From Chthoniobacteraceae bacterium (lineage in GTDB: Bacteria > Verrucomicrobiota > Verrucomicrobiia > Chthoniobacterales > Chthoniobacteraceae), in the NCBI GenBank assembly GCA_037190965.1, contig JBBCKI010000065.1, forward strand, positions 1-41,272: 41,272 bases of DNA, read 5' to 3'. Below are positions 9,134 to 15,867 of the stretch, in pieces. Position numbers and translations under genes: made by a program. A model generated the notes under the pieces. That model did no database searches. It was not told where the DNA came from and saw only the letters and a list, made by a program, of their open reading frames with translations. How positions within the stretch are numbered: position 1 is the first letter of the stretch; the number at the start of each line of letters is the position of its first letter.

Positions 9134-9679
9134 ATGCGTATCCGTACCAGAATCATCCTCGCGGTCATCATGTTATTCGTCGGGATTGCCGTTGGCATTG
9201 CCATGCAGCCAGGGAATTTCCGAATCAGCCGTTCGGCCATCGTTTCAGCCCCTCCCGCCGTGGTCTTTGCCCAAGTGAATGATTTTCACCTTTGGGAAGC
9301 CTGGTCGCCATGGGCAAAGCTGGATCCTTCGGCGAAAAACTCCTTCGAGGGTCCGGCCTCCGGAAGCGGCGCGATCTTCCGATGGGCAGGGAACAGCGAG
9401 GTGGGTGAGGGGGCCATGACCATCATGGAAAGCGTTCCCAATGACCGGATCGACATCAAACTCGAATTCCTGAGGCCGTTTGCGGCCACCCACCGCGCGG
9501 AATTTACTTTCCGGCCCGAAGGGGATCAAACCCGCGTGACGTGGATCATGACCGGGCAGAACAATTTCATCGGCAAGGTGATCAGCCATTTTATCGACTG
9601 TGATAAAATGTTGGGCGAGTACTTCGAGAAAGGTTTGGCTCAGATGAAGACGGTGGCCGAGGCCTCCTCCAAGCAATGA
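9134..9679 (+). CDS. SRPBCC (polyketide cyclase/START-like) family protein
   Basis: ISRSAIVSAPPAVVFAQVNDFHLWEAWSPW, FEKGLAQMK; N-terminal TM/signal segment. Confidence 0.88.
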   Translation: MRIRTRIILAVIMLFVGIAVGIAMQPGNFRISRSAIVSAPPAVVFAQVNDFHLWEAWSPWAKLDPSAKNSFEGPASGSGAIFRWAGNSEVGEGAMTIMESVPNDRIDIKLEFLRPFAATHRAEFTFRPEGDQTRVTWIMTGQNNFIGKVISHFIDCDKMLGEYFEKGLAQMKTVAEASSKQ

Positions 9680-10305
9680 AGCCTGCCGTGAAGGGAACCC
9701 GCAACCCCGCGGAGACACGCCAGCGGCTCCTCGACGCCACCGTCCGTCTGGTTTTGGGGCAGGGCTTCAACGCCACCACGGTGGAGCAGATTTGCGCCGA
9801 GGCGACGGTGACAAAAGGGAGTTTTTTCCATCACTTCAAGAGTAAGGAAGAGATCGGGCGCGAAGCCGTAGGGTGTTTCGCCGCGATGGGAACCCGTCTT
9901 TATTCCGAGGCGCGGAGCATCCCCGACGCCGACCCTTTGGAGCAGATTCATCATCTGTTTGATATCATGATCGGCTTTACCCAGCGGCCCGATGAACCCT
10001 GCGTCTGCATGGTTGGCATGATGTCCCAGGAAATGGCCGGCACCAACCCGGTCCTCCGCGAAGCCTGCTCAGGCCACCTAGCGGACTGGGCGGAAATGGT
10101 GCGGGGCCTGCTTGCCGATGCCTGGCAACGTCACGGTGCAGGGGGCGAGTTCGACCCAGCCCGGGTTGCCTGGTTTCTCAACAGCCTATGGCAGGGGTCG
10201 ATGCTGATCGCAAAAACCCTTCAGGATCCATCGATCATCGTCGAGAACCTGCGCCTTGCACGCGCCTATGTGGACAGCCTTTTTCAACCTGAATTCCGAA
10301 GTTGA
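9676..10305 (+). CDS. TetR/AcrR family regulator (NemR-like)
   Basis: QGFNATTVEQICAEATVTKGSFFHHFKSKEE helix-turn-helix; ATGA overlap with the upstream gene. Confidence 0.92.
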   Translation: MKPAVKGTRNPAETRQRLLDATVRLVLGQGFNATTVEQICAEATVTKGSFFHHFKSKEEIGREAVGCFAAMGTRLYSEARSIPDADPLEQIHHLFDIMIGFTQRPDEPCVCMVGMMSQEMAGTNPVLREACSGHLADWAEMVRGLLADAWQRHGAGGEFDPARVAWFLNSLWQGSMLIAKTLQDPSIIVENLRLARAYVDSLFQPEFRS

Positions 10306-10422
10306 TCGCGGCGGCCTTGCGCAGTTTTCTGGGCATAAACGGCTTCGTCGAAGGCTTGCCCTATCAAAAGATAGGGTTCGCTCTTTTCAATGGAATCCAA
10401 GGGTGTCAGCAATAGCAAGAAT

Positions 10423-10575
10423 GGTGAGGTAGCACGCTCGCGCCGTCGAGCGCGGGTATCGGCTCCCGTAGCTTTATTGGTGCGCATCCCAATCACCCGG
10501 AGCCCGTCCTGCGGGGATGGATGCCGAACGCGACTCGAAAACCCATCCCCACTCTCGGCGAGAGCGTTGCTCTCC
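10423..10575 (-). repeat. REP-doublet repeat, copy B (degenerate; may extend 10401-10652)
   Basis: GGTAGCACGCTCGCGCCGTCGAGCGCGGGTATCGGCTCCCGT...CCGTCCTGCGGGGATG...CTCTCGGCGAGAGCG; outer-TIR-like GTTAATTTCGTCAAGAACCC at 10633-10652. Confidence 0.8.
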
Positions 10576-10665
10576 CACATCCCTCCGGACGTGCAAATCC
10601 ACTGGAAACAGCGAAGAACACCGGAGTTCGAGGTTAATTTCGTCAAGAACCCAATAAAACCAACA

Positions 10666-10703
10666 AAAACAGGCTCCCCGAAAGAGGGAGCCTGTTTTGT
10701 TTT
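10666..10703. terminator. Bidirectional intrinsic terminator
   Basis: AAAACAGGCTCCC...GGGAGCCTGTTTT with A/T tracts on both sides, between convergent genes. Confidence 0.85.
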
Positions 10704-10731
10704 AAAGTTGATTGAGAAGAAACGCCTTCGC

Positions 10732-10887
10732 TTAGGCGTCAGGCTGCGTCTTGGGCAGACCGATGACCCGCTGGCCGGGCTTCCACTGGCCGCGCTTCTT
10801 GAGCACTTCCACGCGCTCGAAGCGCTTGAGGACGTTGCGTTTTACCGTGATGGTGCTGGCTCCTTTGAGGCTGCGATGTTGAGACAT
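10732..10887 (-). CDS. PVC-superphylum small basic protein (Chlamydiae/Verrucomicrobia/Planctomycetes signature)
   Basis: MSQHRSLKGASTITVKRNVLKRFERVEVLKKRGQWKPGQRVIGLPKT, 51 aa. Confidence 0.88.
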   Translation of the reverse strand: MSQHRSLKGASTITVKRNVLKRFERVEVLKKRGQWKPGQRVIGLPKTQPDA

Positions 10888-10935
10888 GATGATGAAATCG
10901 GTTAAAAACTTTCCCCGGACCAATTGGGAACGGAG

Positions 10936-10964
10936 AAACTAGAGAGGGTTACGACGGCGTGCAA
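10936..10964 (-). promoter_or_regulatory. Putative sigma70 promoter of the small basic protein gene
   Basis: Minus strand TTGCAC-17 bp-TAGTTT. Confidence 0.55.
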
Positions 10965-10977
10965 TGAAAAACTTCAG

Positions 10978-11529
10978 CTAGATCAGCCCAAGCTTCATCT
11001 TGCCGGCTTCGCTGATCATCGACTGGTTCCACGGCGGGTCCCAGACGAGTTCGACTTCCGCTTCGTCCACACCGGGAATTCCCTCCAGCTTGCCCTTGGC
11101 CTCGGCGGCAAGGGTGGGGCCCATGCCGCAGCCGGGGGCCGTCAGAGTCATCTTGACGAGAACTTTTGCACCGTGGGTCTGGTTCTCCACCGGGCGACTG
11201 ATGGAGCAGTCGTAGACAAGGCCCAGATCGACGATGTTGACCGGGATTTCCGGATCGTAGCAGGTCTTGAGCTGGTCCCAAACCGCCTTGTCGTCCACCT
11301 CACCCGTGGCGTTCAAAACGGGCTCGGGGGCGGCGGGGCGCTCATATCCAAGCGCGTCGGCGTTCGTATCCGTAATCCGGACCAGGAAGCCTGTGTCGGT
11401 CGCCACGGTATAGCTGCCCCCCAGCGACTGGGTGATAACCACCCGGGAGCCTTTGGGAAGCGTGATCGTGTTGCCCTGCGGGATGCGAATGGCGTCGCAA
11501 TCGCGGGTCAGTTCAATTTCCTCGTGCAT
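10978..11529 (-). CDS. sufT: Fe-S cluster assembly protein SufT (long form, DUF59/PaaD-like)
   Basis: TQSLGGSYTV N-terminal domain; DPEIPVNIVDLGLVY, MTLTAPGCGMG, VWDPPW. Confidence 0.9.
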   Translation of the reverse strand: MHEEIELTRDCDAIRIPQGNTITLPKGSRVVITQSLGGSYTVATDTGFLVRITDTNADALGYERPAAPEPVLNATGEVDDKAVWDQLKTCYDPEIPVNIVDLGLVYDCSISRPVENQTHGAKVLVKMTLTAPGCGMGPTLAAEAKGKLEGIPGVDEAEVELVWDPPWNQSMISEAGKMKLGLI

Positions 11530-11554
11530 GGTTTGTGAAAACTTGGGGGTTCAG

Positions 11555-12052
11555 TCAGCGGGGTTTGATGACCACTTTGACCTTGGGGGAGGCGTCAGAG
11601 GGTGCCGAAGTTCCCGCCTGAAGTTGCTCCAGCAAGGTGGGCGCTGCCGGAGCGGCGGCGGCCTTTTCTTGAGACGGAGCCTCAGGCGCCAGGGCGGAGC
11701 GGAGCGCCCCTTCCACCAACTGCGCGCAGTGGATCTTCATCGGCGGCAACGCGCCGAGAGGAGCCGCGAGTTCCTTGCCGGAGAGGGCAAGGGCTTCCTC
11801 GGCGGTCTTGCCCGAGATTAACTCTGTGGCAACGCTGGCGACGGCGATGGCGGTCTCGCAGCCGAACGTCTGGAAGGTGGCGCGATCGATGACTTTCCTG
11901 CCATCCTTTTCCTTGAATTTGACCCACATCCGGAGCATGTCGCCGCAGTCGGGGCTGCCCGCCGTGCCGACGGCATCCGCCTCCGTCATTTCGCCGAGGT
12001 TTTTGGGATGTGCGATCGCTTCCTGAATGCGTTGTTGCAAATCGTCGCTCAT
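11555..12052 (-). CDS. IscU/NifU-N type Fe-S scaffold protein
   Basis: ATG 12052; HPKNLG, GSPDCGDML, FQTFGCETAIAVAS, KIHCAQL (three Cys plus Asp and His). Confidence 0.88.
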   Translation of the reverse strand: MSDDLQQRIQEAIAHPKNLGEMTEADAVGTAGSPDCGDMLRMWVKFKEKDGRKVIDRATFQTFGCETAIAVASVATELISGKTAEEALALSGKELAAPLGALPPMKIHCAQLVEGALRSALAPEAPSQEKAAAAPAAPTLLEQLQAGTSAPSDASPKVKVVIKPR

Positions 12053-12130
12053 GTTCCTCAGCAAAATGAACCAGAAGCGCGTTGCGGGCAACTCCGGAAA
12101 CGCAAATCTCAGGAGAGGGGCTGCGGGCGA

Positions 12131-12412
12131 CTATGGCCATTGTCGTCCGCCCGGCCCGTGCCGGGGACGGGGACCGCGAATAAACCTGAAGATCAGGAGC
12201 AAAACGATGGCTCCAATGACGGAAGCAATAAACCCCGCGGGTTGATTCGGCCGGTACCAGCCGAGCCCTTGCCCGATCAGAGCCGCGACCAGGCTCCCCG
12301 CGATTCCAAGGAGCGTGGTGGCGATGCACCCGCCCGGGTCCTTCCCGGGCGTGATGAGCTTGGCGACCAGGCCGATGATAAATCCTATGCAAATTGCCCA
12401 GATCATATTCAA
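12131..12412 (-). CDS. GlsB/YeaQ/YmgE family stress-response membrane protein
   Basis: IIGLVAKLITPGKDPGG...LLGIAGSLV...GFIASVIGAIVLL; start may instead be ATG 12406. Confidence 0.88.
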   Translation of the reverse strand: MNMIWAICIGFIIGLVAKLITPGKDPGGCIATTLLGIAGSLVAALIGQGLGWYRPNQPAGFIASVIGAIVLLLIFRFIRGPRPRHGPGGRQWP

Positions 12413-12502
12413 ACCGGGTTCGCTTCTGGCGGCTTCTTTGTCTGTAAAGAGAGGCGAAAACGCATCACAGCCGCGTCCTGAGCGCGCTTCGAAGCGAGAG
12501 TG

Positions 12503-12781
12503 ATGAAAACGTCACTGGAAACTCCGTCGCAGTTGGAATACGAAGAGGGCCCCATTACCGAAGCGCTTGAAAAGCAGACCATCGTGCCGACCGACGCCCT
12601 TCTTTGGGCGGCCTTCGGGTCGATCCTGGGATCGCTGACCCTTCGCGTTTTTGGGCGCAGACATGCGAGCCTGTTTGTGGGGCAGTGGGCTCCCACATTC
12701 CTGCTCATTGCCATTTATCACAAACTGGCAAAAGGCCTGAGGGCGGAAAAATCCGCGCACGAAATCGGCAGCGGAATCTAA
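12503..12781 (+). CDS. Small conserved hypothetical membrane protein
   Basis: EGPITEALEKQT...LLWAA...ASLFVGQWAPTFLL...YHKLAK; two short hydrophobic segments. Confidence 0.7.
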   Translation: MKTSLETPSQLEYEEGPITEALEKQTIVPTDALLWAAFGSILGSLTLRVFGRRHASLFVGQWAPTFLLIAIYHKLAKGLRAEKSAHEIGSGI

Positions 12782-12782
12782 A

Positions 12783-13325
12783 TCACTCCAACTCGTAGCG
12801 GGGAACGCTTGGGTCGGCCTCTTCACTCCAGGCGTCCACCCCCCCGCGAAGCGCCTTGACGGCGGTAAAACCATGCCCCGCAAAAAACGCGGCGGCATCC
12901 ATGCTCCGTTTCCCCTGGTGATCGACGACGACCAGCAGAGCCCCGCGGTCCCAGTTCCCGAGGATCTCCTGCATCAGCTCCTGGGTGAAAAGAACGGACC
13001 CTTCGATCCGGGCGGCGTCGAACTCTTCCCTCGTACGGATGTCGATCAGGCGCGGCAGTTCGCCGCGATCCCGTAGCGCCGCCAGTTCAGTGGGCTCGAT
13101 CAGCATCTTGCGATCTTCCTCGTGGCTGTCGAGGAGGTAAGCGATGACTTCGTCGACGGGCAGCCCGTCATTGCGCTCGCAGACCCCCGCCAGCGTTTCA
13201 TCCTGCGAGAATCCGCAGCTTGAGCACCCGCCGATGTGGTACTTGCGGAAGAGCGCCCGCTGGGCTCCGGGGAGCCGCTCAAGGAGTTCGCGCATGGTGA
13301 TGGCCGGTTCGATCGTCGTCGTCAT
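12783..13325 (-). CDS. Rhodanese-like protein with N-terminal CxxC (DUF1858-like) domain
   Basis: N-terminal HIGGCSSCGFSQDETL; C-terminal LIDIRTREEF, VVDHQGKRS, LRGGVDAWSEEADPSVPRY. Confidence 0.85.
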   Translation of the reverse strand: MTTTIEPAITMRELLERLPGAQRALFRKYHIGGCSSCGFSQDETLAGVCERNDGLPVDEVIAYLLDSHEEDRKMLIEPTELAALRDRGELPRLIDIRTREEFDAARIEGSVLFTQELMQEILGNWDRGALLVVVDHQGKRSMDAAAFFAGHGFTAVKALRGGVDAWSEEADPSVPRYELE

Positions 13326-13451
13326 AGAAACCTGAGCCTACGACGGAAAATGCGTCGTTGCAGTGTTTTTTTCAGAGTGGAACGGCATGGGCTAGGGGCG
13401 GCTAAGGAAAAAATTTTGACGAACCCCGGTGCCGTTCTTCAAAATGGCGCG

Positions 13452-14117
13452 ATGCAGAAGTTAATCGAAGGCGTCCACCGGTTTCAGTCCCAAGAGTTCG
13501 GCCACTATTGCGAGCTCTTCCAGAAACTCTCTCACGAGGGCCAGAAACCGCACACGCTTTTCATCACCTGTTCGGACTCCCGCATTCTTGCCGAACTGAT
13601 TACGCAATCGCAGCCCGGCGATCTTTTCGTGGTCAAAAACGTCGGCAACATCGTCCCGCCCGCCACGGTGACCGGCAGCACCAACTCGACGGCTGCCGCC
13701 ATCGAGTTTGCCGTGAGCGACCTCGGCGTCGCCGATATCGTCGTCTGCGGGCATTCCCAATGCGGGGCCATGAACGCCTTGGTCATGGAGAAATCGGTTG
13801 CTCCGGAGGCGTGGGAGAAGAAGCCGCATCTGCGTCGATGGCTTCAGCTGGCGGCCCCGGTCCGGGACGTCATTGATCGAAACTACGCCCATCTTCTCGA
13901 CGATACCGACGCACTCCTCAACGCGGCGGCGGAGGAAAACGTCCTTTTCGCCGTGGAGAACCTCCGTAGTTACCCAGCGGTGCAGGAGCGGCTCGCGGAT
14001 GGGACGCTTCATCTGCACGCCTGGTTTTTCCGGATCGCCACCGCCGAACTCTACGCCTACGACCCGGAACAAAAGCAATTTCTGCCCCTGACCGCCCCGG
14101 CAACGCGGGAGGAGTAG
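13452..14117 (+). CDS. Beta-class carbonic anhydrase
   Basis: ATG 13452; FITCSDSR, PGDLFVVKNVGN, CGHSQCGAM zinc ligands. Confidence 0.95.
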   Translation: MQKLIEGVHRFQSQEFGHYCELFQKLSHEGQKPHTLFITCSDSRILAELITQSQPGDLFVVKNVGNIVPPATVTGSTNSTAAAIEFAVSDLGVADIVVCGHSQCGAMNALVMEKSVAPEAWEKKPHLRRWLQLAAPVRDVIDRNYAHLLDDTDALLNAAAEENVLFAVENLRSYPAVQERLADGTLHLHAWFFRIATAELYAYDPEQKQFLPLTAPATREE

Positions 14118-14195
14118 GGGGTCGGTGGTCGGCCCTTGCCGCGAGCCTCGTCCAATCCGCTTGGAACCGACCGCAAAAGCCGTTACATCTGCCGG

Positions 14196-14687
14196 ATGTC
14201 TTTCCCCGAATCTCTGGATGCCATCTGGGCGCCGTGGCGCGTCGAGTATTTCTCCATCGACAAATCGCGCGATTTTTTGACGGAGGCGGCTCAAACCACG
14301 GATGACCGCGCGCATCTCGTCGTGCATCGGATGAAGGAGACGTTCTTGATTCTCAACCGCTTTCCCTACGCCGTCGGCCATATGATGGCAGTACCCTACA
14401 GGAAGGTTTCCGACATCGCCGACCTTACAGAGGGAGAACGGCTGGAACTCTGGGCGCAGGTCGCTCATGCGCAGAAACTGTTGCGGAAGGCGGTTCGTGC
14501 CGAGGCTTTCAACGTAGGCCTCAATCTTGGCAAAGCGGCCGGGGCGGGAGTGGCGGATCACCTCCACCTGCACATCGTTCCCCGTTGGGAAGGGGACAGC
14601 AACTTCATGCCGGTGCTCTCCGGGACACGGGTAATGGCGCAGTCCCTCGAAGCACTCTGGGATCTGCTCGCCAAAACGGAGGAATAA
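14196..14687 (+). CDS. HIT family protein (Ap4A phosphorylase/hydrolase-like)
   Basis: WAPWR, LNRFPYAVGH, FNVGLNLGKAAGAG, HLHLHIVPRW. Confidence 0.92.
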   Translation: MSFPESLDAIWAPWRVEYFSIDKSRDFLTEAAQTTDDRAHLVVHRMKETFLILNRFPYAVGHMMAVPYRKVSDIADLTEGERLELWAQVAHAQKLLRKAVRAEAFNVGLNLGKAAGAGVADHLHLHIVPRWEGDSNFMPVLSGTRVMAQSLEALWDLLAKTEE

Positions 14688-14741
14688 GCCTTTACCCCGA
14701 AAACCGTTGCTTACGGTCGATTGCAGAAATGGGGGAAAGCG

Positions 14742-14953
14742 ATCGATTTGGAGGACGGCAGGTAGCCCGCTCTCGCCGAGAGCGCGGGATCGGTTTACGA
14801 GTCGCGTTCGACGCCCATCCCCGCAGGACAAGCCGTTGGCATCGGGATGCGGCCCTCATGAAGCCACGGGAGCCAACCCCGCGCTCGACGGCGCGAGCGG
14901 ACTACCGGTGCTGCCGCATCACTCTTCATTTTGTAACTTCCCGTCTCGTACGG
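14742..14953 (+). repeat. REP-doublet/MITE repeat, copy C (REP core 14761-14906)
   Basis: GGTAGCCCGCTCTCGCCGAGAGCGCGGGATC...CCCGCGCTCGACGGCGCGAGCGGACTACC-GGTGCTGCCGCATC; degenerate outer TIR GTAACTTCCCGTC near 14933-14945. Confidence 0.85.
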
Positions 14954-14991
14954 CTGCGCAATTCCGCTCGCTCCAACATTGGTTTTCAGGT

Positions 14992-15783
14992 TTACCTCTC
15001 GTCCTCGCCCGCAAGCGCCGCTTTCAGCGAGCGGACCGAGGGAAAGCCGCACCGCAGGGCCACCTCCCGGGCGGGGGCGGCATTGCTACCTTCCTGAGTC
15101 CGAATCATTTCACGCGCCGCCTTGACCCGGAGATCCCGCAGATGCCGGGCGGGAGATCGACCGGTGCGCGCGGTAAAGAGCCTTGTGAAATGCTCGCGGG
15201 TGAGTCCCGTAATCGCCGCCAACTCCTTGACACCCAGCGGCTCACGGAACCGGGAGGCACAAAGCGCGAGAGCGGTCTCCACCGGGTCGCCCTCCCGTTG
15301 CATGGGCCGCGTGAGTTGCCGCGCCCATTCCATCAGAAAGGTGTAGCAAGCTGCGCTCGTTTTATGAGGGTCGAGCGAGCTCCCTGGCTCCGGAAAGGCA
15401 AGGCGGCGATACAATCTGCCTGCCTCCGACCGCGCGGGGAGCGGCAGAACGGGACCGAAGGTGTTGCGAAACTCCCGGGTCAATGAGATCCCGAGGTTTC
15501 CGTAAAAGTTGATCCACGAAAAATGCCAGGGGATCTGCGCTTCTTTGGGGAAGTAGTAGACGCTTTGCTCGGGGACAATCGCGATGAAAGCGCTTTCCGG
15601 CGGTACCGGCCATGGTTTTCCGTCGATTTCGAAGATTCCGTAACCCGTTTGGGTTCGCTGGATAATCACAAATTGCTCATTTCCTCTCTGTGCGCTGTTC
15701 CAATAATACCGGCTGGAGTGGGCAATATTCTCTCTTTCCGCGAAAGGGAGGGAGATTAGAAGATCGTCTGGATTAGGTAGCAT
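14992..15783 (-). CDS. AraC family transcriptional regulator
   Basis: N-terminal cupin-like domain; VKELAAITGLTREHFTRLF...EVALRCGF; divergent from the GH4 gene. Confidence 0.92.
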   Translation of the reverse strand: MLPNPDDLLISLPFAERENIAHSSRYYWNSAQRGNEQFVIIQRTQTGYGIFEIDGKPWPVPPESAFIAIVPEQSVYYFPKEAQIPWHFSWINFYGNLGISLTREFRNTFGPVLPLPARSEAGRLYRRLAFPEPGSSLDPHKTSAACYTFLMEWARQLTRPMQREGDPVETALALCASRFREPLGVKELAAITGLTREHFTRLFTARTGRSPARHLRDLRVKAAREMIRTQEGSNAAPAREVALRCGFPSVRSLKAALAGEDER

Positions 15784-15793
15784 CGCGGTGGAA

Positions 15794-15821
15794 ATATCAC
15801 AAATTTACCGGCTTATATCAC
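15794..15821 (+). promoter_or_regulatory. Putative AraC-family tandem binding site
   Basis: ATATCAC direct repeat at 15794 and 15815, 21-bp period, in the AraC/GH4 divergent spacer. Confidence 0.55.
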
Positions 15822-15867
15822 GCCTTCCTCCTTGGCGCAAAAGATTCGGGGGGGTAGATAAATACCC

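Noticed and set aside
8697..9278. Short ORFs sharing peptides such as ARRRERATG or DPALAARAGY (also near 10284, 14585, 30055, 32598, 37545, 40999)
   Set aside because: Translations of the non-coding repeat; frames and lengths are not conserved between copies, so not a protein family.
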